A stretch of 64,000 nucleotides of DNA, taken from positions 46,131-110,130 of the forward strand of contig JAFRAC010000005.1 of assembly GCA_017405595.1 (NCBI GenBank), read 5' to 3'. The notes beneath the pieces are model-generated. The model saw nothing but the letters and a program-made list of their open reading frames with translations. It ran no database searches and was not told the origin of the DNA. This DNA comes from Thermoguttaceae bacterium (GTDB lineage: Bacteria; Planctomycetota; Planctomycetia; Pirellulales; Thermoguttaceae). Each line of letters begins with the position of its first letter. Within the stretch, counting starts at the first letter, position 1. Positions 18,334 through 27,901 of the stretch are shown here, piece by piece. The position numbers and the translations under genes are program-made.

Positions 18334-19923
18334 TTAATCGTCGTCGGACTGGGGACGGACGACAGTTTCCAGGTTTTTCGTGTTCCGTTCCACCGAAAGA
18401 ACGATCGTTTTGGTGTCGATTCCGTCGCGGCTGACCGCGGCAACCGGAAAGACGTGACGCCGTTCCGGCAGATGGTAACGGATCAGGAAGGTTCCGTCTT
18501 CGCGGAGGAAAATGCGTTCGCCGCGAACCGTCAGCTGGGCGTCGGGGGATGTCTGACCCTTGATGACCACTTCGGCGTCGACCGCCAGGCTAAAGGCGGT
18601 ACGGCGGGGGCGGGAGGTTCCTCCCGAAGGTTCGGCGCCCGGAGAAAGATCGGCTTCGACCGCTTTGCCTTCGAACGGGGAGACCATTGTTGAGGCGGTC
18701 AGCATGTTCCAGGCGGATTCGCTCCAGCCCATTGATTCCTGAATGTAGTTCTGAGGCGTGATGACGGTGTTGCTCGATACAAGGGAGAAAAACTGCCGGT
18801 CCCGGGAACGATAGCCGATCTCAACCAAAAATGTTCCGGGCGGATCGTCGACATTGAGGAACCAGTTATAGACTCCGCCGTGAATGACGTAATCCCCGAC
18901 GATCTTGGTATAACGCCCCCCCGACTCTTCGGTAACCCGGTAAAGGCGCAGGATCGGATCGGCGGTATGCCAGAGATGCCCCATCGCCGCCCGGACGCGG
19001 GAGATGAGGGTGCCGCTGATTTCCCACCAGGCATGAAGCCAGAAAGGACCGCAGACCTGCAAAACGATGCGGTCGAGCCCGCTGCCGACCGAAGAGGGGG
19101 TCTCGAGCGTTTTACGGCGCATCATTTTGTCTTTGAGGGTGTTGGCCGGAAGAATATCCTTTGCGGCTTCTTCCTGGAACGAGGCGGACTCTTCGGACGG
19201 CATCGAAATGACGGTGACATCTTCGCGGCGCGGGGCGATGGCACGGCGCCGTTTCGATTTTTTCTCGGCATCCTGAGAAGGGGGTGTCAGTTTGAGCGGC
19301 GGCGCCGACCCCATGCGGAGTTTTGAGGGGATGACGCTGACCGAACGGGCTGATCGTGAACTTGATTTTTGCCCTTTCAGTTTACTGCCCGTTTTGGCTG
19401 GGGAAGACGCTTTTTTACCGCCGGCCTGTTCGGACAGGATGTTTTTGGGCGCGGGTTCTTCGCCGGAGGAGAAGGAACGAATTTTCGGCGAACAGGCCTT
19501 GGCCGGCGGGAGGACTCTCTTTTTTGCGGGGGCCGGCTTTGAAGGGGTCTTTTTAGCCGCAGAGGGAGCGGATTTCGGCACTGAAGGCTCTTTGGAGACT
19601 TTTCCCTTTTTCGGGGAGACGGATTTTGAGACGGAAGATTTTGACGGAACTTCTTTTTTCACGGCCGGATGTTCTTTGACGGGCGCGGATTTTTGGGAAG
19701 GAGCGGATGTTTTCGCGGTTTTAGGGGCAGGTTTGGCCGCGGCAGCGGGAAGATCGGCTTTTTTGGCGCATTTCCCCGCCGGATCTGCTTTTTCCAGCTG
19801 GGAAATTAAGGTCTCGCGCGTCATTCTGCTGTAACCGGACACCTGCAAACCCCTTGCCAGGGCCTTCAGGTCCCTTGTTTGTAAGTTGCCGTAACAAAAA
19901 ATTTTACCCACAGCCGCCTCCAA
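18334..19923 (-). CDS. Rho_N/SAP-like N-terminal domain + basic K/P/A/S-rich linker + DUF4912 C-terminal domain protein
   Basis: N-terminus LKALARGLQVSGYSRMTRETLISQLEK resembles the Rho termination factor N-terminal domain. A low-complexity lysine-rich segment of about 200 aa follows. The C-terminal RIVLQVCGPFWLHAWWEI... region resembles DUF4912. The start is a TTG at 19923, or the GTG at 19911. Confidence 0.6.
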   Translation of the reverse strand: MEAAVGKIFCYGNLQTRDLKALARGLQVSGYSRMTRETLISQLEKADPAGKCAKKADLPAAAAKPAPKTAKTSAPSQKSAPVKEHPAVKKEVPSKSSVSKSVSPKKGKVSKEPSVPKSAPSAAKKTPSKPAPAKKRVLPPAKACSPKIRSFSSGEEPAPKNILSEQAGGKKASSPAKTGSKLKGQKSSSRSARSVSVIPSKLRMGSAPPLKLTPPSQDAEKKSKRRRAIAPRREDVTVISMPSEESASFQEEAAKDILPANTLKDKMMRRKTLETPSSVGSGLDRIVLQVCGPFWLHAWWEISGTLISRVRAAMGHLWHTADPILRLYRVTEESGGRYTKIVGDYVIHGGVYNWFLNVDDPPGTFLVEIGYRSRDRQFFSLVSSNTVITPQNYIQESMGWSESAWNMLTASTMVSPFEGKAVEADLSPGAEPSGGTSRPRRTAFSLAVDAEVVIKGQTSPDAQLTVRGERIFLREDGTFLIRYHLPERRHVFPVAAVSRDGIDTKTIVLSVERNTKNLETVVRPQSDDD

Positions 19924-20061
19924 CGTCGGATCTGTTGAGGGAATTGTAAATAATGAGTTTCCTCATTATAATAGTATACCATATTTGAAAAAAATCAATA
20001 CCAGGTTGATGTAAATTGCGCATTTTGGACAAATTTTCCATCTTTGCGAATTTAACAAAAG
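19924..20061. promoter_or_regulatory. AT-rich divergent promoter region with a short palindrome
   Basis: The 138-bp spacer between divergent genes is conspicuously AT-rich against GC-rich flanks. It contains the inverted repeat ATAATGAG-TTTC-CTCATTAT at 19950-19969. Confidence 0.35.
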
Positions 20062-21180
20062 GTGATGATGTCCGCCGATTCGAGTTCCTCCGCCCTTATC
20101 GAAAATTACCCGTTCGATATTCCGATGATCCTCGGCACGATGAATTCGGGCCGGTGCCCGGTGATCGCGGTTGTCGGGGATTACTGCCTCGATAAGTATC
20201 TTTTCATCGATGCGCGGCTCGAAGAGCCTTCGGTTGAAACGGGACTTCCGGCGCACCAGGTTCGTCGAAAAGGAATCTTTCCCGGAGCGGCGGGAACGAT
20301 CGCCAACAATCTGGCCGCGCTTGGAGCCGAAGTGCGGGCTGTCGGGCTTTGCGGCGACGACGGGGAAGGCTTTGAGCTGATTCGGGCTCTTGAAGAGCGT
20401 CACATCGACACCTCCGGCATGGTGCGCGACCCTTCCTTGTTTACCTCGACGTACATTAAACCGATCCGCGAAAAGGAGGGAACGGCGCGGGAATTGAGCC
20501 GGCTCGACATTCGGAACGGTTCTCCGGCACCCCGGGCGGCGCTGGAGCAGGTGAAAGAAGCACTCCGGCAGATCGTTCCCCGGTGCGCCGCGGTTGTGAT
20601 CGCCGACCAGTTTACCTTTCAGGCCGGGTCGGTTTTGGGGGGAGATGTTCCCGATCTGCTCGCCGAACTGGCGGCGGCCGATCCGAAGCGCTTTTTTATG
20701 GCGGATTCCCGCTCAAACGGGGCACGGTACCGCAATGTTCTTATCAAATGCAACGCCAGCGAACTGCTCGACCTTGCCGATCGTCTCGACCGCCCCGACG
20801 CTCAGGCGGTGGTCAAGGCCGATGCCTCGGCGGACCGGAATCTGGACGCGCTTCTCGATGCCGGAGGGCGTTTGGCGCGCCGGAACGGAACGCCGGTTTT
20901 TGTGACGCGCGGCGCCGAAGGAGCGATCCTCTTTGAACCTGATTCCCGCCCGGTTCTGATCCCGGCGGTTCCGGTTCAGCCTCCCATCGATATCTGCGGC
21001 GCGGGGGATGCGACGAACGCCGGAATTGCCTTCTCGTGCGCGCTGGGACTCCCGCTTGCCGAATCGGCGCTGGTTGCCTCGGCGGTCTCGTCGATCACGA
21101 TCAAGCAGATCGGAGTGACCGGTACCGCGAGCCCGGACGAGGTCTGCGCCGTTCTCCGCGGATATTGCCAAAAAGGCTGA
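20062..21180 (+). CDS. PfkB-family carbohydrate kinase (RfaE/HldE domain-I-like)
   Basis: N-terminal VAVVGDYCLDKY pattern as in heptose-phosphate kinases. PfkB signature DICGAGDATNAG near the C-terminus. Start is GTG 20062 or ATG 20065/20068. Confidence 0.75.
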   Translation: MMMSADSSSSALIENYPFDIPMILGTMNSGRCPVIAVVGDYCLDKYLFIDARLEEPSVETGLPAHQVRRKGIFPGAAGTIANNLAALGAEVRAVGLCGDDGEGFELIRALEERHIDTSGMVRDPSLFTSTYIKPIREKEGTARELSRLDIRNGSPAPRAALEQVKEALRQIVPRCAAVVIADQFTFQAGSVLGGDVPDLLAELAAADPKRFFMADSRSNGARYRNVLIKCNASELLDLADRLDRPDAQAVVKADASADRNLDALLDAGGRLARRNGTPVFVTRGAEGAILFEPDSRPVLIPAVPVQPPIDICGAGDATNAGIAFSCALGLPLAESALVASAVSSITIKQIGVTGTASPDEVCAVLRGYCQKG

Positions 21181-21384
21181 TTCGGGTAGAATGAAATCTC
21201 GGCGGGAGAGCGTGTGCGGGTTTCGCCCCGCGCCGTTTTTCCGGAAGAAAATCTTGCCCCATTTCGGTTCGGCCGGCCTGGATTTGACCACCCTTTTTTG
21301 ATGCGGGGGGAAGGTTCGGGCGGCCCTCGCGGCGGTCTCCCCGCAAGGGGATTTCTGAAAAACATAGAAGAACGAGGAATTTTT

Positions 21385-22479
21385 ATGGCTTACGAAGTGA
21401 CACTCATTACCGGTGACGGAACCGGCCCCGAACTGGCGGCCGCGGCGCGCAAATGTATCGACGCGACAGGGGTGAAAATCGATTGGGATGTTCAGGAAGC
21501 CGGAATCGACGTCATGGAAAAGACGGGCAATCCGCTTCCCGACGCGGTCATGGAGAGTGTACGCCGTACCCGCTGCGCGCTGAAAGCGCCGATCACCACG
21601 CCGGTCGGCAAGGGGTTCCGGAGCATCAATGTCCATCTTCGCCAGGCGCTTGACTTGTTCGCCTGCGTCCGGCCCTGTAAGTATTATCCGGGCGTGCGCA
21701 CGTTCTTCGATAAGGTTCCGGTCGACCTTGTGATCTTCCGCGAAAATACCGAAGACCTCTATGCCGGAATCGAGTTTGCCAAGGGAACGCCGCAGACGGC
21801 CGACCTGATGGACAAGATCAACAGTCTCGCCGAAGGGCGCAAAATCGCCACGGGTCCCGAGGAGACCGGTATTTCGATTAAGCCGATCAGCGTTTCGGGA
21901 ACCGAGCGGCTTGTGAAGTCCGCGTTCGAGTATGCCCGCGCCAACGGCCGGAAAAAGGTGACCGCGGTTCACAAGGCTAATATCATGAAGTTCAGCGACG
22001 GGCTTTTCCTGGAAGTTTCGCGCCAGGTCGCCGAGAAGTATCCGGATATTGAGTTTGAAGACCGCATTGTCGACAACATGTGCATGCAGCTGGTACAGAA
22101 GCCGGAGCTTTACGATGTGGTGGCTCTGCCGAACCTTTACGGCGATATTTTGAGCGACCTGTGCGCCGGTCTGGTCGGCGGGCTGGGGGTTGCTCCGGGC
22201 GCCAATATCGGGAAAGACGCCGCCGTCTTCGAGGCGACGCACGGCAGTGCGCCGAAGTACAAGGGGCTCGATAAGGTCAACCCGACGGCGATGATCCTTT
22301 CGGGGATGCTGATGCTCCGGTATCTCAAAGAGACCGAAGCCGCCGACCGCCTGGAAGCCGCCGTTGCCGCGGTGATCAAAGAGGGAAAGTCGGTCACTTA
22401 CGACATGAAGGCCGACCGGAACGATCCGACCGCGGTCGGCACTCAGGCCATGGCCGAAGCCATTTGCGAAAAGCTCTAA
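21385..22479 (+). CDS. icd: Isocitrate dehydrogenase (short, IDH/IPMDH superfamily)
   Basis: ITGDGTGPE; the [27 protein letters not shown] segment closely resembles the IDH RSLNVALRQELDLY.C.RP.RYY block; [10 protein letters not shown] metal/substrate motif. Start at MAYEVTL (ATG 21385); the track ORF begins at 21214 in an implausible leader. Confidence 0.75.
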   Translation: MAYEVTLITGDGTGPELAAAARKCIDATGVKIDWDVQEAGIDVMEKTGNPLPDAVMESVRRTRCALKAPITTPVGKGFRSINVHLRQALDLFACVRPCKYYPGVRTFFDKVPVDLVIFRENTEDLYAGIEFAKGTPQTADLMDKINSLAEGRKIATGPEETGISIKPISVSGTERLVKSAFEYARANGRKKVTAVHKANIMKFSDGLFLEVSRQVAEKYPDIEFEDRIVDNMCMQLVQKPELYDVVALPNLYGDILSDLCAGLVGGLGVAPGANIGKDAAVFEATHGSAPKYKGLDKVNPTAMILSGMLMLRYLKETEAADRLEAAVAAVIKEGKSVTYDMKADRNDPTAVGTQAMAEAICEKL

Positions 22480-22482
22480 GGC

Positions 22483-23616
22483 GTGTCAGTCATCCGGCTT
22501 GCGCTATGTATTACTGAATTGAATATCGGCGGGGCCGAAAAGGCGTTCACCGAACTGGCGCTCCGGCTCGACCGCGGCCGGTTCGCTCCGGAAGTTTATA
22601 TCCTTTGGCCGCGGCGAAAACATCTCGGGGATTCCTCGTTTGTTCCGCTTTTGGAACGGCGCGGAATCCCCGTTCATTTTTTGGATGTTTCCGGTCCCTT
22701 GACCTTTTGCCGGGGGGTGAGGCGACTGGCGCGGCTTCTGAAAGCGCAGAAAGCCGATATTCTTCTTTCCTTTCTGTTTCACGCCAACCTTCTCGGGCGG
22801 CTGGCGGCCCGCCGCGCGGGAACAGCGCGGGTGATTTCGGGAATACGCGTTTCCGAAAAAGAACATTCCTGGCGGCTTCTCGCCGATCGGCTGACGAGCC
22901 GACTTGTCGACCGCTACCTGTGTGTGAGCCGGTCGGTTGCCCTGTTTACCGAAAAGGAAGGGAAGATTCCCGCGGAGAAGATCGGTGTCATTCCGAACGG
23001 GGTCGGGGAGTTTCCCCCTTCCCGTTGTGCCGAAGGTTCTGTGCCTTTGGTTGACGCGCCGGGAAAACAGATCCTTTTCGCCGGACGGCTCGCATGGCAG
23101 AAGGGACTCGACTGGATTTTGGAGTTTGCCGATGTGTGGCTCGGACCCGCCGCGCCGGAAGAGCGGCACTTCTGGATTGCCGGCGAGGGACTGCAAAAGG
23201 AGAAGCTGCTCAAACTGACGGCCTCGCTACATCCGGAAACACGGCAGCGGATTCATTTCCTCGGATGGCGGCCCGATCTTCCGCTCTTGCTGAAACACGC
23301 CGATCTTTTTCTTTTGCCGAGCCGTTACGAAGGGATGCCGAACGTGCTTTTGGAAGCGGCGCAGGCGGGGCTTGCCGTTTTGAGCAGCCGCTGCGACGGA
23401 ACCGATGAGATTCTCGGCGCGGCGGACGGACCGCAGACTTTTGCGTTTGGAAATCAAGAGGAGTTTGCCGCGAAACTCAATCTGCTGATGGCCGACGGCG
23501 CCCTCCGAACCCGGCTCGGTCGTGAAAACGCGAATCGGGTCCGGGAAGAGTTTTCCTATGAAAAAATGGTTGAACGTTACGAGGAAGAGCTGGTCCGGCT
23601 TGCCGCGCGGAACTGA
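22483..23616 (+). CDS. Glycosyltransferase family 4 (GT-B fold)
   Basis: N-terminal ITELNIGGAEK motif and the C-terminal SRYEGMPNVLLEAAQAGLAV (E-x7-E type) motif. GTG start at 22483. Confidence 0.85.
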   Translation: MSVIRLALCITELNIGGAEKAFTELALRLDRGRFAPEVYILWPRRKHLGDSSFVPLLERRGIPVHFLDVSGPLTFCRGVRRLARLLKAQKADILLSFLFHANLLGRLAARRAGTARVISGIRVSEKEHSWRLLADRLTSRLVDRYLCVSRSVALFTEKEGKIPAEKIGVIPNGVGEFPPSRCAEGSVPLVDAPGKQILFAGRLAWQKGLDWILEFADVWLGPAAPEERHFWIAGEGLQKEKLLKLTASLHPETRQRIHFLGWRPDLPLLLKHADLFLLPSRYEGMPNVLLEAAQAGLAVLSSRCDGTDEILGAADGPQTFAFGNQEEFAAKLNLLMADGALRTRLGRENANRVREEFSYEKMVERYEEELVRLAARN

Positions 23617-23639
23617 TTCGCTGCGGACCGAAGACGCCG

Positions 23640-25031
23640 CTATTCTTTTTCCTGTTTCGGAAGGTGACAGCAAAGGCCGAGGAGGTCGTCGGCGGCCTCG
23701 CCGATGACTTCGCTCAGGGTCGGGTGCGGGTGAACGGCGTCGGCAAGATCGGCGTCGGTGGCACCGACGGAGATGAGCGCCGCGATTTCGGCAATCATGT
23801 CGGTCGCCCGGGGCGCGATCATTGCCGCGCCGAGAAGTTTGCCGGTTTCGGCATCTGAGACGATCTTCGCCAGACCGGTATCGACCCCCATGACGAGCGC
23901 TTTTCCCGCGGCGGGAATGTGGCAGCGCCCCACGCGGACCGTGTAGCCCCGCGCTTCGGCCTGGGTTTGACTCAGACCGACCCACGCCGCTTCGGGGGAA
24001 GTGTAGACACATGAGGGAACCGCGCTGTCTCGGTAACGGTTCGGTTTCGAGGCGATTTTCGCCGCAGCCGCTTTTCCCTGCGCCGTTGCGGCATGGGCCA
24101 GCGCGTGTTTGCCGTTCACATCGCCGATGGCGTAGATACTGGCAATATTGGTGCGCAGATGGTCGTCGACCGGGATATAGCCGCGGACGGTTTCGATGCC
24201 GGCGTTTTCCAGTCCGAGATTTTCGGTGTTCGGAACACGGCCGGTACAGAGAATGACGGCTTGCCCGACGGCCGCGGCTTCTTTTCCAGTGGCGTTATCG
24301 GTGTATTCGACGGTCTTTTCGGCGTCTCCGGAAATCCGTTTGAACGTGACCCCCGCTTTGAAGGTGACACGGAGCTGTTTGAGTTTGCGCAGCAGGAGCC
24401 GCACAATTTCTTCGTCGGCCCCCGGAAGAATTTCGGAGCTTCGCTTGAGAACGGTAACCTTTTTGCCGAAGGAGGCCAGGATCGACGCGAACTCGATTCC
24501 GGTGACCCCTCCGCCGATGATGACCGCACTTTCGGGAATCTCTTCCAATGCGAGAAAGTCGTCGGTACTCAGTATTTTTTCGCCGCCGGCCCCCTCGATG
24601 TTCGGGACTGAGGAGCGGGTACCGGTCGCGATGACGATGTTCCGCGCCTCGAATGTTTGGCCATCCGCCTCGACGGTGTGCGGCGAAAGGAGTTTGCCCC
24701 GCGCCGGAACAACGGTGACCCCGTGCGATTTAAGGAGACTGGCCACGCCGCCGCGCAGCTGGCCGACGATTTTGTCGCGCCGGGCGGCGACAACGGGGTA
24801 ATCGAACGAAAGTTCCCCGACCTTGATTCCGAACTTCTCGAACCGGCGCGCGTGACAGAAGAGGTGCGCGGAATGCAGAATCGTCTTGGTCGGAATACAG
24901 CCCCGGTTCAGGCAGGTTCCGCCGAGATCACGCTCTTCAAAAAGAACGGTTTTCAGTCCGTATTGCGCGCAGCGTATCGCACAAATGTAGCCGCCCGGGC
25001 CGGCGCCGAGGATTGCCGTGTCGAATTGCAT
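23640..25031 (-). CDS. lpd: Dihydrolipoyl dehydrogenase
   Basis: FAD motif GAGPGGY, redox-active disulfide GGTCLNRGCIPTK, C-terminal interface motif HPHPTLSE, 463 aa. Confidence 0.93.
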   Translation of the reverse strand: MQFDTAILGAGPGGYICAIRCAQYGLKTVLFEERDLGGTCLNRGCIPTKTILHSAHLFCHARRFEKFGIKVGELSFDYPVVAARRDKIVGQLRGGVASLLKSHGVTVVPARGKLLSPHTVEADGQTFEARNIVIATGTRSSVPNIEGAGGEKILSTDDFLALEEIPESAVIIGGGVTGIEFASILASFGKKVTVLKRSSEILPGADEEIVRLLLRKLKQLRVTFKAGVTFKRISGDAEKTVEYTDNATGKEAAAVGQAVILCTGRVPNTENLGLENAGIETVRGYIPVDDHLRTNIASIYAIGDVNGKHALAHAATAQGKAAAAKIASKPNRYRDSAVPSCVYTSPEAAWVGLSQTQAEARGYTVRVGRCHIPAAGKALVMGVDTGLAKIVSDAETGKLLGAAMIAPRATDMIAEIAALISVGATDADLADAVHPHPTLSEVIGEAADDLLGLCCHLPKQEKE

Positions 25032-25114
25032 CGGATTTGCTGAGAGTGGAAGATGATGGCGAAAACGCGGGATTCAAAGTCCGGCGCGCCGCGCTTCTTA
25101 ACGCGCCTGTACGC

Positions 25115-25155
25115 AAAACTCCGGTTTAGGGAGTCTGAGGCTTCCTAAACCGGAG
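25115..25155 (-). terminator. Rho-independent terminator downstream of the LeuB-like gene
   Basis: 12-bp stem, CTCCGGTTTAGG (25119-25130) pairing with CCTAAACCGGAG (25144-25155). On the minus strand it is followed by TTTT (complement of 25115-25118). It begins 17 nt after the stop at 25172. Confidence 0.6.
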
Positions 25156-25171
25156 CGCTTTGCTTATCCGA

Positions 25172-26242
25172 TTAGAGATATTCGCAGACCAGGTCGCCCA
25201 CTTCGGTGGTGGAGTAACCCATTTTGCCCGCGGCCATACTCTTCATTTTATTGCCGGTCACATACTGAATCGATTTCATGACGCGTTCCGCCGCCTTGGT
25301 GTAGCCTTCCTGGTTCAGAAGCATCGAAACGGCGTTGATGGTGGCGATCGGGTTAATGACATTCATGCCGGTATACTTCGGCGCGCTGCCCCCCATCGGT
25401 TCGTACATGCTCGTTCCGCCCGGTTCGGGATTGATGTTTCCGCCGGCGGCAACCCCCATGCCCCCCTGCAGAATACCGGCGAGGTCGGTGATGATGTCGC
25501 CGAACATATTCGTGGTGACGATGACATCGTAATATTCGGGGTTCTTCACCATCCACATGCAGCAGGCGTCGACATGATTGTAGTCTTTTTTGATGTCGGG
25601 ATATTCTTCGCCGACTTCCTGGAAGGTACGTGCCCAGAGATCGTGCCCGTAGGAAAGGACGTTCGTTTTGGCAACGAGGGTGACCATTTTTCCTTTCGGA
25701 TTGTTCCGTTTGCGGCAGTATTCGAACGCCCAGCGGATACACCGTTCGGTTCCCTTGCGGGTATAGACCGCGACCTGAGTCGCGACTTCGTCGGGAGTCC
25801 CTTTTTTCATCCAGCCGCCGGTGCCGACGTACATATCTTCGGTGTTCTCGCGAACCACGACGAAATCGAGATCTTCAGGCTTTTTGTTCGCCAGCGGGGT
25901 CTCGACGCCTGGGAAGAGCTTGACCGGACGGAGGTTGATGTACTGGTCGAACGCGAAACGAAGGCGGAGAAGGAGTCCCTGTTCGAGAATCCCCGGTTTG
26001 ACATCGGGATGGCCGACCGCACCGAGAAGAATCGAGCTGAATTTGCCCAGTTCGGCGATCTCTTCGTCGGTGATGATGACGCCTGTCTTGAGATAGCGTT
26101 CGCCGCTCAGGTCGAAGGGAGTCAGTTCGACTTTGAAGTTTTCGAGTTCCGCGACCTTTTTGAGGACTTTTACCCCTTCGGCAACCACTTCGGGACCGGT
26201 ACCGTCGCCGCCGATGACCGCGACTTTCAACAGATCGTTCAT
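25172..26242 (-). CDS. 3-isopropylmalate / tartrate dehydrogenase family enzyme (LeuB- or TtuC-like)
   Basis: IGGDGTGPEV, LGAVGHP, NLRPVK, VRENTEDMY, NMFGDIITDL and GGSAPKY motifs of beta-decarboxylating dehydrogenases. The NINPE segment resembles the tartrate-dehydrogenase subfamily. Exact substrate cannot be decided by eye. Confidence 0.8.
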   Translation of the reverse strand: MNDLLKVAVIGGDGTGPEVVAEGVKVLKKVAELENFKVELTPFDLSGERYLKTGVIITDEEIAELGKFSSILLGAVGHPDVKPGILEQGLLLRLRFAFDQYINLRPVKLFPGVETPLANKKPEDLDFVVVRENTEDMYVGTGGWMKKGTPDEVATQVAVYTRKGTERCIRWAFEYCRKRNNPKGKMVTLVAKTNVLSYGHDLWARTFQEVGEEYPDIKKDYNHVDACCMWMVKNPEYYDVIVTTNMFGDIITDLAGILQGGMGVAAGGNINPEPGGTSMYEPMGGSAPKYTGMNVINPIATINAVSMLLNQEGYTKAAERVMKSIQYVTGNKMKSMAAGKMGYSTTEVGDLVCEYL

Positions 26243-26494
26243 TCTTGGTTTATCCTTTCGTTTCGGGAGACTGTCGGCCGAAAGCCGGGTTTCCCTGTTT
26301 CCCTAAAACAGGATGCGGCTTGGGGCGCTGTCTGCTTGCTGAAAATCAAAATCTCGCCCCCCTATTATCCCTGTTTTTTTCCTTTAGAATAGGGGGAGTG
26401 CCTTTGAAGAGATCCCCGTTTCCCCCTGTTTTTACGCGGAAAAACGGGGGAAATGGACCGGGCCGGATTTCCTTGAAACAGGTCGAAACCGCGT

Positions 26495-27814
26495 GTGAAA
26501 AAGTTCAGAACCGTTACCCTCGGATGCCGGGTCAACCAGTACGAAACCGCGTTTGTTCGGGAATCGCTTCTCGAAAGCGGGTGGCAGGAGGTCTCGCGCG
26601 AAAACGGGGCTGAAGCCGATCTGGTTCTGATCAACACCTGCAGCGTGACAGCCGAAAGCGACGCCAAATGCCGCAAGGCCATTTCGGCGGCCGCCGAGGC
26701 CTCGCCCCGTGCCGAGCTTGTCGTGATGGGGTGCTATGCCGCCGCCGCGCCCGAAAGGGTTGCAGCTTTTCCCCGCGTTTCCGAGGTGGTTGCCGATAAA
26801 CGGAAGCTTCCTGAGTTTTTAGAACGGCGCGGGTGGAAGGTGCCGAAAGGGATCGGCTCGTTCGGTTCCCGTCACCGCGCCTATATCAAGATCCAGGACG
26901 GGTGCCGGGTCGGCTGTTCCTACTGCCTGATTCCGAAAGTGCGTCCCTATTTGGCGAGCCGGCGTGAGGAGGAGGTTCTTTGCGAAGTCCGCGAATTGGC
27001 GCGGCGCGGGTATCGCGAAATCGTCCTTTCGGGAATTCACCTGGGGCATTACGGGCTCGATCTGATTGCCGCCGACCGAAAAGCGGCTCTTGCCCGGCTT
27101 GAAGACTATATCGAGCGGCGCAGCGCGGCACCGCCTGAGAATCGGCATACACTTGCCCAGCTTTTACGTGCTCTTGTCGAACAGGTTCCTGAACTGCGGT
27201 ATCGTCTGGGGAGCCTTGAAGCGGTTGAAGTGACCGATGAACTTGTCCGGCTGGCGGCGGAGTTCCCCGAAAGGGTCTGCCCGCATTTTCACCTTTCGAT
27301 GCAAAGCGGCGACGACGCGGTTCTGGCGCGGATGAAACGGCGCTGGCCGAGCGGGCCTTTTATGGAGCGGGCGCTTTCGATTCGCGATTCGATTCCTTTG
27401 GCGGCGCTGACCACGGATGTCATTGTCGGTTTTCCCGGAGAGACCGACGAGGAGTTTCAGAATACCTGTAGAGCGGTCGAAAAGGTCCGTTTTTCGAAAG
27501 TTCACATTTTCCGATACAGCCGCCGTCCCGGTACCGAAGCCGCTGAAATGAAGGGGCAGGTTCCCGATTCGGTGAAAAGGGAACGCGCGGCGGAGCTGGA
27601 AAAGATTGCTCTGCGCCTGCGGGCCGAGTATGCCGCTTCGCTGGTCGGCCGGGAAGTGACCGTTCTTGTTGAGGAAGAGCGCCGAAGCGCGCGTCAGGGG
27701 ACCTGCGAGTATTTTCTGCCGGTTCGGTTTGAGGGGGATGTTCCTCTCGGTACTTTAAGAAGAGCCGCGGTTCTTTCGGCCGAAGGGGAAACGCTTATCG
27801 GGCGCGTTCTGTGA
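26495..27814 (+). CDS. mtaB: tRNA (N6-threonylcarbamoyladenosine) methylthiotransferase MtaB (MiaB-like)
   Basis: N-terminal VTLGCRVNQYE MTTase domain, radical-SAM motif GCRVGCSYC, C-terminal TRAM-like region, GTG start. Confidence 0.85.
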   Translation: MKKFRTVTLGCRVNQYETAFVRESLLESGWQEVSRENGAEADLVLINTCSVTAESDAKCRKAISAAAEASPRAELVVMGCYAAAAPERVAAFPRVSEVVADKRKLPEFLERRGWKVPKGIGSFGSRHRAYIKIQDGCRVGCSYCLIPKVRPYLASRREEEVLCEVRELARRGYREIVLSGIHLGHYGLDLIAADRKAALARLEDYIERRSAAPPENRHTLAQLLRALVEQVPELRYRLGSLEAVEVTDELVRLAAEFPERVCPHFHLSMQSGDDAVLARMKRRWPSGPFMERALSIRDSIPLAALTTDVIVGFPGETDEEFQNTCRAVEKVRFSKVHIFRYSRRPGTEAAEMKGQVPDSVKRERAAELEKIALRLRAEYAASLVGREVTVLVEEERRSARQGTCEYFLPVRFEGDVPLGTLRRAAVLSAEGETLIGRVL

Positions 27815-27901
27815 GGTTCCGCTGACTGGACAGGCGAAACCGTTTCGGTTAGACTGATTTCAGACGTTTTTCTTTTGTTTCGGAACATTAAGGAGGTTTC
27901 C

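Noticed and set aside
21214-21384. N-terminal extension of the IDH ORF (track start 21214)
   Set aside because: The extension ([23 protein letters not shown]...) is unlike any IDH N-terminus. The conserved fold begins at [16 protein letters not shown] (ATG 21385), preceded by a purine-rich stretch.
20713-22242. 509-aa minus-strand ORF. Similar cases: 9324-10352, 6926-8317, 10874-11515, 25160-26392, 40447-41751, 49127-50632, 51235-52293, 53739-54488, 62014-63264
   Set aside because: Each lies opposite a gene with strong family motifs (PfkB/IDH, RimO, beta-helix, LysR, LeuB-like, DUF1559, PMI-like, FG-GAP, TIM-barrel protein, array member 3). All are judged shadow ORFs.
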